Part shown: positions 26,355-39,990 of the stretch, one piece after another
How the letters are laid out: each line of letters begins with the position of its first letter
How positions within the stretch are numbered: the first letter of the stretch is position 1
NCBI RefSeq assembly: GCF_006345805.1
Contig: NC_043005.1
Location: forward strand, 11,780,001 to 11,844,000
Length of the DNA stretch: 64,000 nt
Direction of reading: 5' to 3'
Source: Octopus sinensis
Lineage: Eukaryota
The notes under the pieces: generated by a model
The model's input: only the letters and a program-made list of their open reading frames with translations
The model's database searches: none
What the model was told of the DNA's origin: nothing
Translations under genes and position numbers: made by a program

Positions 26355-27395
26355 GACAAGAGCACTTAGAGAGCGCAAACCTTCGCTAAGGAAACACCAA
26401 TATCCCTTCAACGATTAGCCGGAGATGATTTTTTAAATGAGAACATCTGCAATAAACTCGATTACTTACACAATTGAGAATACTAAAACTGAACCCGACT
26501 TCTCTCAAAAATGAAGCTACAAATCAGGAAAAATAATCCAGAATCCCTGTCCGATACATGATCGATCCCAATGGCAGTCATGGAATGTGAAGGTAGATAT
26601 GCGGGCTGTGTGTGTCGCCTGCAGTGGGAACAGGGATAGTTTTCCCCATGAAGGCCTTTTTTAGTCTATCCACTGCTATAGTGCCTTTACGAACTTTGAG
26701 GTCTATAGTGAAAAATGTATCCGTGCGTGAAAGAAAACGGAAAGGACTTGCATATGGTTTTCTAAAGCCTAGCTTTAACAACATCGTTGCGCACATAACA
26801 GTGTGTCCAAGAAGTAAAGGTTCCTTAAAGGCAGAGCTAGAAATTAAATTGTCAATTAGGTGAGGGGTTTTAAACAGTAGCGATATATTCAAAATTGGTA
26901 AAACTAAAAATTGGCGAGGATAAATTAAATTTGTTTTTGTTACTGAATATGTTCATGTTAATTTAATTTCTGAACGGTTTTGCTGTCGTTTGTTTATATA
27001 GTTTGATTTCTTTATCCATCAATTTCCACTAATATACAGACGTGAGTAAAATTAATAATAAAGAAACGAAAATAAAGCTTTGGAAACATCAACGCCGCCA
27101 TAACATACATGGAAAGCACGAGCGTGCTTTTCAATGGATATAATTAGAGAAAGACTTAAAAGTGAACGTAAGATCGTAATACTTAATGTAAAGTAAAGTA
27201 AATATAACAAATACTCCAGAATATTTGTTTGGTACCGGATCGAACCCACAGTCTAATCGGTTCGTGCCAGTCTCGAGACCAAATCTCCCTAAAAGTTTCA
27301 TCCGAATTCATCCAGCGGTTCTTGAGATATATTGTACACAGACAGACAAACACCACTGAAACGGAGGCTATAATCGTGCTGCCCAAGAGCAAGCA
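26355..27395 (+). mobile_element. Possible DINE/Helentron-like non-autonomous element split in two (26355-26570, 27230-27395)
   Basis: 'tccga(tac)..gatcga.ccca' at the end of the first half recurs at the start of the second; second half has 'catccagcggttcttgagatat' then a (GACA)-like run; class is inference. Confidence 0.4.
26600..26880 (-). mobile_element. Gypsy LTR retrotransposon integrase C-terminal relic
   Basis: KPYASPFRFLSRTDTFFTIDLKVRKGTIAVDRLKKAF matches the 'PPY.GP..V..R..K.F.....G....VS.DRLKPA' motif. Confidence 0.75.
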
Positions 27396-27397
27396 TT

Positions 27398-28075
27398 AAG
27401 AACCAATTACATAAAATACAAAATAGACAACACATCAAAAAGTGATAAGTGCAGAATTTGTGGACAAAATGGTGAAACCTTATAGCACATTACCGGTCAA
27501 TGTACACCTCTAACCCAGAAAGAATACAAGAGATGTCGTGACAATATACCAACAAGTATGGACTTGACAGAACAAAAAAATTGGTACGAACATAAACCCG
27601 ACAGCATCATCGAAAATGATAATGCAAAGATCCTATGGAATTTTATGATACAGTGCGACCATGAGATATAGAGAACAGGAAACCAGACATAGTGTTAATT
27701 GAGAAAAAAACCAAACGATGCTGGATCATAGATATAGCATGCCCTGCTGACAACAAGGTATGCGATAAGCAAGAAAGAAAAGTCGATAGATATCACAGGT
27801 TAGCTTGGGAGGCTCAGCAGTTGTGGTCGATGAAAAAGGAGGTGGTAGTACCAATAACTGTCGGAGCCCTGGGAGCAATGAGTAAAATTCATGAAGAGTA
27901 TATGGAACAAACAGGGGCTGAAATAAGGGTGGAACACTTGCAGGAAACAGCACTGCTTGGAACCGCTCGAATATTCTGGAGTACTCGAAAAATAAGGGGT
28001 GTTACCTTAGTTCACTGGTAGTGAACAGCTGGCATCGTAGTGCGTCTCTAGCGTTAGAAGCTGTGCACAGACAAT
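27398..28075 (+). mobile_element. R4/Dong-type LINE 3' fragment (CCHC + RLE)
   Basis: CRICGQNGETL*HITGQC; ENDNAKILWNFMIQCDHEIENRKPDIVLIEKKTKRCWIIDIACPAD..VVVPITVGALG..LGTARI. Confidence 0.9.
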
Positions 28076-28084
28076 AATAATAAT

Positions 28085-28610
28085 AAGACTATAAAAGCTA
28101 ATAAATCGGATATTATTATAAAAGATTAGACAAAAAAGAAGTGTTTATTAATTGACATGAGTATCCCTTGCGATCACAATATAGCGGCGAAAGAATTTGA
28201 CAAGATTAGTAAATATAAAGACCTGCTTATAGAAATTGAAAAAATGTGGCATCTCAAGGCGACTACAGTACCAGTGATTGTAGGATCTCTAGGAATGATA
28301 AAAAAGGTACTGAAACCTATTTGAAAATGATTCCAGGCCTACCATCCCTACAGGAAGTGCAAAAAATCGTATTAACTGGAACGGCTCATGTACTGAGAAG
28401 AGCATTATCGCTGTGAAAACAACATCCATCCATGAATTTATTTATTTATTAATTTTTAAATATATATTTTATCTGTGAATTTGCGCGTGTAATCTGGGAA
28501 TGCATACAATGAGCTTCTCTGCCCTAGGTGTATGGAAAACACTCGGCGAGAAACGGAAGAAAATTTGAAGAAAGAAGGAAAAACCATAATAATAATAATA
28601 ATAATAATAA
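28085..28610 (+). mobile_element. Second R4/Dong-type LINE 3' end with UTR and (AAT)n tail
   Basis: NKSDIIIKD..CLLIDMSIPCDHNIAAKEFDKISKYKDLLIEIEKMWHLKATTVPVIVGSLG..LTGTAHVLRRAL. Confidence 0.88.
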
Positions 28611-29086
28611 TGTCTTGGTATAAAAGATGGGCTACAGCAAATATTCTGCTCAATACCACAGATTTGCTTGTCAGTTGTTTGACCTTAACCAGTTGAGCAT
28701 GTCCCTTAGTGGCTGACGATATGTGCATCTCTGATCACGAGCAGAAGTAGTGGGGGAGCATCATAGCCATGTGTTGAGAGGGATTCTTTGGGGTTTGAAT
28801 AATTCACCTCTGGAAACATGGGTGGTACTTTCAACATCCTTAAACAACCCTTATTCAGGGACCTTTTGAGCGGGATGGGCTACTCAACCTGAAGAAAATT
28901 CTAACTGGGCCCCACCTGCAAGGTCATGTGCTGTTTATCTTGATATGAGATCACCATGTTGCGCACATATGGTTGTGATGCATGTGCCTGGTGTACCCTT
29001 ATCAGACGGGTAGTCATGATGGGTATATTGGGCTTCGTATATTTTACCCCAGTGTCACTTTGATAGCATGCACTGCTCTCTCACTC
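28611..29086 (+). mobile_element. (AAT)n-tailed non-coding element
   Basis: High identity to 55030-55427; (AAT)n on both sides. Confidence 0.85.
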
Positions 29087-29107
29087 AATAATAATAATAA
29101 CAATAAC

Positions 29108-29187
<80 letters not shown>

Positions 29188-29258
29188 TAATAATAATAAC
29201 GATAACGATGATGATGATGATGATGATGATGAGGAGGAGGAGGAGGAGGAGGAGGATA
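29087..29258. repeat. Triplet gradient (AAT)n to (GAT)n to (GAG)n
   Basis: Direct inspection. Confidence 0.95.
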
Positions 29259-29768
29259 ATCAGGGTGGCTAGACGCAACTTAAAAACCGAAATGGAAATG
29301 ATTTAGCGTCAATAAAAAGGAACATATGCATATCATATATATGTATGCATTCTTTTATCCTTTCACTTGTTTTAATTCGGAAGCTGCGGTCATGCTATAG
29401 TTTCTTTTCCTTCTTCCTTGAAAAACGAAATACTTTTAACGAACTTTAATGTAAAAAACACAAAAGTCTCAAAGTTACTGATTATAGAATAATTGTATTT
29501 TTTTCTCGGGTACTTTTAAATTATAGCTGTATTTTTGTACACAGCCAAACCATAACGGTTTACTATTTAACTAAATCTCGCACCATTCATGAGATTTCTA
29601 AACAGATAACATTCGCTGCTCTTAGATTCGATGAAAAGAAAGTATTCCGCTAATTATAAAACTGAAGAACTTAAGTAACAGAGAAGCCTTCTGGAAAACT
29701 GAAGTGAAGAAACACAACCAAAAGGTATCCTCATCGAGAGATAAATAGAAAAGGAGTCGGAGATGGAG

Positions 29769-29770
<2 letters not shown>

Positions 29771-29800
<30 letters not shown>

Positions 29801-29841
29801 GGATAGATAGATAGATAGATAGATGGATGGATGGATGGATG

Positions 29842-29885
<44 letters not shown>

Positions 29886-29940
29886 CATACATACATACAT
29901 ACATACATACATACATACATACATACATACATACATAGAT
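29771..29940. repeat. (GATA)n/(GATG)n/(TACA)n array
   Basis: Direct inspection. Confidence 0.95.
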
Positions 29941-31667
29941 AAATAGAACTAAAAAGAGCAAAACTTTTCGATATCTTGATCACAAGATTCAAAATAAGCA
30001 AAATAACAATCAAATCTAAGTCATGTGCAGCGTAAAATGCCCTTCAACGTACGAAATTTGTTTAACTGAAAATTGTTTTGCAGCTAAAACTCTTTCCGTA
30101 TTTTAAATATTATAAGAAGGTATTGAAAGTAGCAGCAGGAACAAAATTGCAGTAAAGAAAAAAACAATATTGTATACCTTCTTTACTGCTGTCTTTGTTT
30201 CTGGATTTATTTTTACCTTCATAAAGATCAGAATTTAAAGATGATCGCATTCCTCAAATAAATTAAGTAAACGAGGCGCTTTAACTTTAAAGAAGCAAAC
30301 TTTGTAAATTTAATTTTGTGAACTATTATATTATAAGCTAAATAATTCTTGGAGGGATGCCGAACAGGTATATTATTTTGTATGCTTCTACCAATATATA
30401 TGTAACTTGGTTTTCTTTAGATGATGGTAAAATTGGAGTTAAAAATAGTGTACTGTAAACAATCAAAGAGATTTATTAGAATCAAAAGATTTACAAAATA
30501 TTAAGAAAATGCAAATAGAAGGAAATTATCAGCTTAAAAATTACATTAATTAAATTACAAAACATCAAGTTCTTAACTTGTTTTTGCGACTTAGTACATA
30601 GCTACCCTCAACGTTTCTATGATGCGGTTATTATAGTTATATTTAAGTTGCAGGAATAAAGTTCAGTTTTGCAGGCAAGCAGGCACTATTTCCAAACTAA
30701 TAAGTATTTTGTCAATTCGCTTACTCCGTTCAAATTGCTAGTTTATACCTGAATAAGATAATGAGATATTTCGGTGCATTTTGTCTTTGATGTTTTTACA
30801 TGATGAAAATTTTTTCATGGATTTCTCAAATCGCTAGGTGACAAACTTACCAAAGTACTTTCAACAGTTACGTTACTTCGACAAAGAATGGCTTAGAAAT
30901 GCGAAAACTATTTTACACAAGGTTCTTTTAAGTAACGTTTAAACAAACGAATTGTTTATAATCATATTCTGCTCATTTCATCAAGGAAGCACGATCAGCT
31001 GAAATATCTATGCTCATATGTTGCTGTGGTTATCGTGTTGCTTCCGTAATTAAACGTTTAGCTCTTAGCTGCCAAATCCAGTAATCTGCAAGTTGCAGGA
31101 TCACAACTTAATGCATATATATAGGGGGATAAGTTCTCTTTACAATTAAGTAATTCCACGTTCGACCCCACGTCCACTACATTAAAAGTGTTAGCGTTTC
31201 TCATAATCTCGCATCGTTCTAGAGGTTAAGCATGAAAATGTTCAGAAGCCGTTCATAAAATTTGAAATTGAGAACTCGTGTTTCACCCCGTTTTCTATCA
31301 CTATCCTCGGGAGTAGATAACGGTCATTCGATAAAGGAATTAAACGAAGATACTGCAATTCTCGATGCCGGGTTCGTCTTTTTATCGTAGTGAAAGTTAG
31401 CTGCAATAGATATAGTGAAGGGCATTTATGTCACGCTCATCAAATGTCTCGAAACGGAAGGCAAGCGCGGGTTTTAGACGATACACTACGACATCCCAAC
31501 GTATTGATTCGCAATATGACTGAAATATGTGGATATTTCATCCAACATATTCTTTCTGTTACCTATTTTTACTAAACAAATGAAGACACAATCAATTAAC
31601 AATACAATGTATTAGTTATCATTTATTTCGTGTATTTAATTTTCACGTGCTCTGTAAATGTCTCTGT

Positions 31668-32440
31668 AAATGGTCTGATCAATAAGTAACAAGACTGTTG
31701 CCAGAGTGACGAAGTTAATGCACGCAGAGCAAAGTGCGCTTGGCACAGATAGACCACGGACTCTGTTGTGCCTGCGCACCAAGTTTTAACGTTCTAGTTC
31801 ACATTTACTGTTTACAGCATTGCTTGGAAGGAACGTTTGTTTCGTGTGATTGTCGTATTGACCCATGACAGAGAAAGTTGTCATGGTGACACCTGCTTAG
31901 AAGCCTACGCAAAGTTGCAGAAAGTGTATGGAGAGGAGTTTATGAGCCGCACACAAGTTTACGAGTGGTTCAGATATTTCCAAGATGGCAAAAAAAAATG
32001 TCAATATTTACGTACGGTCTGGAAGACCCGCAACTAGCGGAACTGAGATGTACGTGCAGTTGTGACAGGAAATCGTCGAATCACCATCCGTGCAGATTAC
32101 AGTTCAGTCCAATCCATTATCACTGAAGATTCGGGTTTGAGACGAGTGTCTGCCAAGTTTATGCCAAAACCGCTTTCAGCTGATCAAAAAGACACTCGGA
32201 TTTTAATTGCACATGATATCTTTGATTGTGTCGAAAACGATGAAAACTTTCCAAAAAATTTGCTTAGGCCTATCTCCTCAACCTTATCTGTCATTGTTAG
32301 TGCGATGATCACACGCTACACACCTTCCTTCCAAGCATTGCTGTAAAAAGCAGAAGTTGGCCACACCGTTAAAATACATTGCGCATGCACAGTAGAGTTC
32401 AGGGTCGATCTGTGCCAAGAGGCTTTACTCTAAGTTCTTT
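31668..32440 (+). mobile_element. Internally deleted mariner element
   Basis: EAYAKLQKVYGEEFMSRTQVYEWFRYFQDG..RSGRP..NRRITIR..LRRVSAKFMPKPLSADQK; inverted repeats at 31726-31778 and 32380-32431. Confidence 0.9.
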
Positions 32441-32539
32441 CGCTTGGTTACTATTCACGTATATATGATCACCAACGCAGTGATACGCTTGCCCAACCGC
32501 AAAAAGACGTCTTGGCATCTAATAGACTACGCCATAGTT

Positions 32540-33995
32540 AGAGATCGGAACAGTCGAAATTTTGGGAGGACAAAGGCCATGTGTGTCGCAGAAGGTGAGT
32601 GATATCACAGACTCACTCAAAAATCATGTCATGCACATCCAGTTCAGGCAGCGACCACAAGGGAAGCCTGCCAATAAGCAACTAAACATCAGCAAATTGG
32701 AATGGAAAAATGTGAAACAGAACGTCAATGAGGGCCTGAACAGCAAATTGAGCCATCTCCACATGGGTACAAAGGGAGTAGAAGGAGATTTGGTAACGTT
32801 CAGAGACGTGGTGTCCAACACTGCAATCATCTGTGTCAGGATGAGGAAGACCAGAAATTGTTCGATAAAAAGCATGAAGCATACAAAGTCTCACAGCAAG
32901 ACAGCACATTGGCCCCGAAGAAATCAGCCTACAATATTACCAAAAGTAAGGTATTGGCAATGCATAGAGATAAAGGATTCCAGGGTCAGCAACAAGGGTG
33001 GATGAGATACAGAAGTACGCTGACATGAAAACCCCAAGCGCTTCTGCGATGCCCTAAAAACCATCTGCGGGTCACAGTTCTCTGAAACACCACCACTGCT
33101 CAGTTCTGACGGGACCGCTCTCCTCTCTGACAAAAACGCAATCCTGGAAAGGTAGGTAGGCCACGTCAGTAACGTCCTGAACAGGCCTTCGTTTATCAAT
33201 GCTGAAACAATGCTCACATGGTCCAAGTTGACATCAAGACTTATCAGATACTCCAACGTAAGCTGAGGTCTAGAAGGAAATTATTTTTCTCTTAATTGGC
33301 AAGGCGTCATGCACTGATCCCATCTCAACTGAAATATACACACAACATAGAAGCACAACCGTCTCTTACAGACAACGTGGCAACAAGAAGTTGCGCCTCG
33401 GGAACTCAAGGATCATTTTATTGTCCATTTGTACAAGAGAAAGGGAAACAAGTAGTCCTGTAACAACCACCGAGGAATTCCCCTCTTCCTTTTGTCATCG
33501 TCTGCAAGATAGGCCCAAGTATTCCCCTTAATCATCTCAGTCAGCACATGGAAGACAGACATCTGCCAGAGAGTCAGTGTGACTTCAGAGAGGTTGTGGG
33601 ATAATCGATATGAACTTTGTCGCACATCAACTTCAAGGGAAGTTACAGAAACAAAACGGAGACCTATACACGACGTTTGTGAAGCCAAGCAAGGCCTTTG
33701 ATACTGTTATTTCTGAGGAGCTTTGAAAGATTATGGGGAAACTCGACTGGCCGGACATATTCATCAGCATTGTAAGAATGTCCACGACGGCATGCTTGCC
33801 TGAGTACTAGACAGTGGAGATTCTTCCGAAACTTTCACTAACGGAGTTAAGTAGGACTGTGTACTTGCATCTAAGCTGTGTTCAGCATGATATTCTCAGT
33901 CATGTTTTCGGATGCTTTCTGCAACGATGAGAAAACTGCTATCAAGATCTGATTCAGGACCGACGGCAGACTTATCACCCTGCGGAAGCTACAAA
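32540..33995 (+). mobile_element. RTE-BovB-like LINE fragment (linker + RT)
   Basis: IQFRQRPQGKPANKQLNISKL; PLLSSDGTALLSDKNAILER; IVHLYKRKG; LPESQCDFR; KAFDTV; FHDGM; TNGVK*DCVLA; many stops and frameshifts. Confidence 0.9.
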
Positions 33996-35852
33996 CCAAA
34001 GCAGTCTGGTCGGCCACAGCCGGACACACTGTGCCTTGTCTTCTCTAGTGTGACATCCATGGACATTGACGACAACGACGGAAAAATAAGCTAACGATAT
34101 GTCTGCCTATCTGGTTGTCTGTACATAGTATACATTAATGTAAATAGGACCAAATTTAATTAGACAGAAGATAAATATTTGACAAAGCAGAATTTCGTAA
34201 ATGTTTCAGTTATATGATTTTTCATTCTAAAAGAAATTATGAAAATTAGTTTCGTTTCACTTCTCGATAAAAAAAAAAAAACACATATTGTTAAAGAGGA
34301 GAACGCATTGAATAAAACTGTGAGAAAAATCCTATTGTTTATTTCTTTTAATTCGATATTTCGTGGCAAGCATATAGGTTAGGGTGATCGTTTCATGATC
34401 ACAAACCGTGGTTTTAATTCCTGGATCAGGCGGGCACATTCTTTCAGTCTACTAAGCTAGAAAGAGAACCGAGCACTTTCTGGTACAGTATTCTCCCTCA
34501 CCCCTTCTCTCCTTCCTCTCTTTCCCAAAATGTCATGCTCCGGATGTTCAACAGTTTTAAGAGTGATGGGCTGAAAAGATGTATATATTTACTCGCGATT
34601 ACGTAAAACTCTTAAACAATTAGCGAAAACATTGTATATCTTACTAATCTACACCTGGTTTTGAATAGCGCCTGGCTGTACTGAATCTTACAATAATACA
34701 TGGCCACCATTGTTTATCAGTGTTTTTAGTTATAACAATTTGAAATGTTAGTTTTTACATAATCAACATTGTATTTAATATCATATATATTTCTTTAAAT
34801 AATCGAATATGTCGCCTGTGCTTTGAGATGCCTATGTTTCGCCATGTATATATGTATGTACGTATGTATGTATGTATGTATGTATGTATGTATGTATGTA
34901 TGTATGTATGTATGTATGTATGATTGAATGTATGTACATATGTATGTACATATGTATGTATTATAAATGTATGTGTGCAAATGTATTTGTGTATAAATGT
35001 TAACATAATGTATATGTTCATATATAGGAAGTATACGTGTAAGTTTACCAAATAGTTCTTTAAACGCTAATTATACGGAGACATCCAGGAACACTTTTAA
35101 ATATATATGGAAGACAATAATTAGAGTCACACGTGATGTTTAAGATTTGAAATATTCAAACTATCTTCATAGTTACTTTAGAAATATTAAAGAATTCTCC
35201 CATCAAAATAAACGTTAAAATAAATTTTTCGTTACACAAAGATTAAACCAAAACTGTCATTATCATTATAAAATAATATTATTGAACAGTCTACTTACTA
35301 AATGCCTGAAGGAAATTTACAATTTGGAATTGTCTAATTAAAAAAAAAAAAAAAAAGTAAAAGTTTGTCAGAAAATAATTATTTTTATATTTGCATATTC
35401 ATTTTCATTTTATTTTAATTAATTTTTTACAGAATAAAAATTTTTTGCAGCGTAAAAAGAACTTTGTAGACATTCACACTGCCTAACTGTTGAAGTTTTC
35501 TCTGATAAATAATTGAGCTTAATATTTTAGTTTTCTGTTTTTTGTATACATCATTCATAGATTTACCTAGAATTTTTTAATTAGCATTCCATGCTGTCGA
35601 AGTTACGCTGAATATATTTCTCTTATTTATGCGCACTAGTGGGACCAGTGGAACTATGACGTTTTATAATGTTTTCATTTCTATTCTAATGCACAATTTT
35701 ATAGACATTCATAATATTATGTTATGGCAATGTTATGCTACACCGCAGAAACTTTATTAGATTGCATTTCGTTTACATGAAACAACACAAGGCTACAGCA
35801 AAATGCTCCTTCTATACTTATATATTGAAATAAATAAATAAATTCACCTTTT

Positions 35853-35955
35853 TAAAGCCTAGCCAGGCTCATGGGCACGGTTTCCCAGTTTCAATGGCGC
35901 ATGCGTTCCCCAACTGGACGGGATGCCAGTCCATCGCAGCGTTACTCAATTTTGC
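35853..35955 (-). mobile_element. 3' fragment of CORE-type SINE with tail Y
   Basis: Minus strand 'ctgcgatggactggcatcccgtccagttggggaac..cccatgagcctgg' matches the tail of 10257-10558. Confidence 0.7.
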
Positions 35956-36029
35956 CTATGTATATGTATATGTATGTATATACTTGTATGTATATATATA
36001 TATGTATGTATATATTTGTATACACATAT

Positions 36030-36452
36030 ACTCTTTTACTCTTTTACTTGTTTCAGTCATTTAACTGCAGCCATGCTGGAGCACCACCTTTAGTGGTGAT
36101 ATGAAACATTGTCGAGCAAATCGACCTCGGGACTTAATCTTTGTAAGCCCAGTACTTATTCTATCGGTCTCTTTATGCCGAACCGCTAAGTGACGTGGAC
36201 GTAAACACACTAGCATCGGTTGTCAACCAATACTACGGGGACAAACACAGACACACAAACACACACACACATATATATATATACATATATACGACAGGCT
36301 TCTTTCAGTTTCCGTCTACCAAATCCACTCGCAAGGCATTGGTCGGTCCGGGGCTATAGCAGAATACACTTGCCCAAGATGCCGCGCAGTGGGACTGAAC
36401 CCGGAACCATGTGGTTTGTTAGCAAGCTACTTACCACACAGCCACTCCTGCA
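36030..36452 (-). mobile_element. Family K SINE
   Basis: Near full-length match. Confidence 0.9.
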
Positions 36453-36543
36453 CCTATATATATATAATACATACATGTATATGCATATATATGCATGCAT
36501 ATATATATATACATACATGTATATACATACATATATATATATG

Positions 36544-36599
<56 letters not shown>

Positions 36600-36601
<2 letters not shown>

Positions 36602-37204
36602 CAGTGATGAAATAGAGGAGGTAAGGTAATATGTCTACCTGGGACAGGAAGTAAATATGTGCCGAGATATCGAAAAGGAGATCTCACGGAGAGTAAGGGC
36701 CGGGTGGAAGGCGTTCAATGGCATAAGGGATGTGCTCAAGGGAAGGTTGGACAGGACCACCCGCGCCAACCTCATTAACAGTGCAGTTCTGCCTGCAATG
36801 TTATATGGTAGTGAAACATGGGCTACCACAAAGAGAGAAGAGCAAAGACTGGTAACGGCTGAAAGAGCCATGGAAAGGTCAATGCTTGGTATCTCGTTGA
36901 GAGAGTACGTAAATAGTGAGATCACCAGAAAGAAGTTCGGCGTGAGAGATGTCATCGCAGAGTATACACGCATCAAGTATAGATGGGCTCACCGATAATC
37001 GGTGGACGCACCCAGTTGTCGAGTGGTACCCGCGCGAGCGGAAAAGACCACCCGGATGACCTCCACGACGGTGGAATTACGATTTCAGGAGGACGATTGG
37101 GATCACGTGGATGAGAAAGGCGCGATCCAGAGAGGAGTGGACAGCGTGCTGTGACTAGCGGTGTCAAATGGATGCCTGACGGACTGGTCGGTCAAGGTGA
37201 TCAA

Positions 37205-37205
<1 letters not shown>
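36600..37205 (+). mobile_element. 5'-truncated RTE-1-like LINE inside (TA)n
   Basis: YVYLGQEVN..EISRRVRAGWKAF..LPAMLYGSETWATTK..ERAMERSMLGISL..WYPRERKRPPG*PPRRW; (TA)n on both sides. Confidence 0.9.
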
Positions 37206-37303
<98 letters not shown>

Positions 37304-37469
37304 CACATACATATATATAATACAAACATATAGATATATATATACATATATATAATACATAAAAATATATATACACATACATATATATGCATACATATAT
37401 TTACATGCATATAATACATATATATATATATACATACATGTATATATACATATGCATATATATATATAA

Positions 37470-37504
<35 letters not shown>

Positions 37505-37847
37505 CATACACATATATGTGTACGTACATACATATACATACACACATATATAAACTTACATATATACATAAACGCACACAAATATACGCACAAACACACA
37601 CACACTCGTATAATTAAGTATCTAAGGTATAGAAGTTAGACACCCATCTAAGGGATAATAAATATCCAGTATACTACTGGAGGGATACGTATTTATATCC
37701 AAATGCTTGCTGTTGCAAGGCAATAGTACAACTGAATTATAGGTATAAATGGCGATAAAGAAAAGTTTATCCAGAATTTATTAAGCAAGGAAGAAAATGG
37801 TGAAGAGAGTTTGTCAATTGGATCTCTACTCCATTTTCTTTCTTGTG

Positions 37848-37889
<42 letters not shown>

Positions 37890-38299
37890 TGGTGTAGACC
37901 GGTTTCTGCTCTACATCTTAGAGTGTGCTTCTCCTCCGGATTTATGTATTTCTACAAACGATCCTATATATATATATTTTTTCAAATTAAAGATAAGATA
38001 TATTTGCCAATTCAAATATATTACAATATAAATCGAGCCAAAAAGAGTATTATAATATATTTAATAATCACTTCTTAAAAAGTTCAATATCGAAGCAATA
38101 CTAAAAATTTCGAAATTAGAGATACACCAAAATTATTCAAAATATAGTAGACATATATGTACGACAAATTATGCAGATCTATAAAAATATAGGAGAAATA
38201 TATAAACATATGAAAATATATAGTTCTACTTACTAATAAGGGTTAGGTAAAAAAAGTGTGAAAAAAGGTTATAAGATGTCGAAGTGTATAGAGGGAATG

Positions 38300-39990
38300 A
38301 GATGTCCAGAGTACGGTGCATAAAGTAAATAATTTTTATATGAAACGTTAGTTTTTCGTTGTTTATTTTTCAGTTTAAATACCAACATAATTCTCCTATG
38401 GCTATTTCTGGGTAACAGTAATCCTTATAAATAATAGATGTTCATATCCAAAATTTTAGATAACTGCCTCCATCATCATGTAGTGTTAGAAGAGGTCACA
38501 TCTCGCTTACTATTAGAGAACCTACTTTAGTGCTAGGTTTTATAACTAGCTATACCTATAAGCAGTAGAAGGAAATAATATAAGAAATATGGGAATTTAA
38601 TATTTTTTTACTCCTTAATGCAAAGCCTACATACTTGTGTGATTGTACTATTATCCGCCACGATAATAAAATCTTTAAAATCTTTAAGAATAATAATAAA
38701 ATCTGTAAAAATGCTTTCGGTAGTTCTCTGATCTGAAGTGATTTAGAGCAATCAGTTTCATTTAAATGGTTAAAATTGTAGAAAATATTATTATAGTAAT
38801 TCCTGGATGATGTTATTTTTCGTGGGCTTTACCCATAATCTGATAACATGAATTTAACGCGGGGGAGAGAAGATTTTTAGATTGTTAGATCCCAATCTCG
38901 GATGACATACAAAAACGTAAATGCGCAAAGCAATATATGGAAGTGGGGAAGTGTTACTTGATTTTCTGTTGTATTGTATGTTTTAACATGAAGGAAATGT
39001 ATTATAGTTTAGAAAGTTTTTGTTGTGATGTATATCAAACGTTAGCAGTGTTCTATCGTTTGTTGTTGTGTAATTATGTTATAGCTGTTGATAGAGGTGT
39101 GCTGTAGCATAATGCAATGTGGTAGTGCTTTTCCATCACAATTCTAATTACATATTTCGATTATGTCGGTTGGAAAAAATGTAGCCTGCCTTTGAAATTT
39201 CTATTTGCAGAATATCCGTGAGCTGTCCTTCAGGATTAGACTGGAATCCTACACGGCTTGACTTTGTATTTCAGCTGATCGAAATCCTAATATGTTGTTT
39301 TCGATCACATCAGATATATTTAACTACTACATCTCCGTAACCGTGTTTGAAATCAGCATGTTTATTATATCATATGGAATTCTAATTTCTACATATGTTT
39401 GAAGAATTCTATTGAAAACTATTGTTGTGTGTCTTCTCTTGAATAATCAAGATATATTCGTAGTATGGAAAGCTTAAATATATCTTCAGAATATTTTTTT
39501 TATAAATGGATGGATCAGGAGGAAGAGTCAGTGCCCATGGTTCTTTAACACGTGTAGGAATGATACGAACAGAGTGGGAATTCTAAGGGGAAGAGCATTC
39601 TTTGAAGAAGACTTGGACAGTAATTAGTACGGGGTCATTAGACAGGGAGCTGGTAGCAACAAGGATAAAGAGCGGAGATGAAATAAGTGCGAGGGGAGTA
39701 GGTAAATGAAGGAGGCATGACACAACTGCTAGGCCCGAAAGTAGTTTTAGTAGAGATACTAAATACAGAAACTAGGGACAGCATGTCTGAGGGCCAACGG
39801 TTTGAGCATGTGTATGACGGACTTGACACTCAGTTGGGTGGCCTTTATCTGGATGCACAGGCAATCTTAGAAGGATTTGTGTGCAATAGCAGCAGCGTCC
39901 CAAATGTACTCTGTGGCGTGTCACATATGAAGTTTGTTGAGTATGTAGAATTTAAGCCAATACAGTGAAGAAATTTAACGGATAGAAGTA
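38300..39990 (-). mobile_element. Possible very decayed Penelope-like element
   Basis: Only weak remnants on the minus strand (MGT, KYVG); mostly compositional. Confidence 0.2.

Noticed and set aside
31270-31465. Two opposed hammerhead-like relics
   Set aside because: Both cores are multiply substituted; mentioned only as weak context
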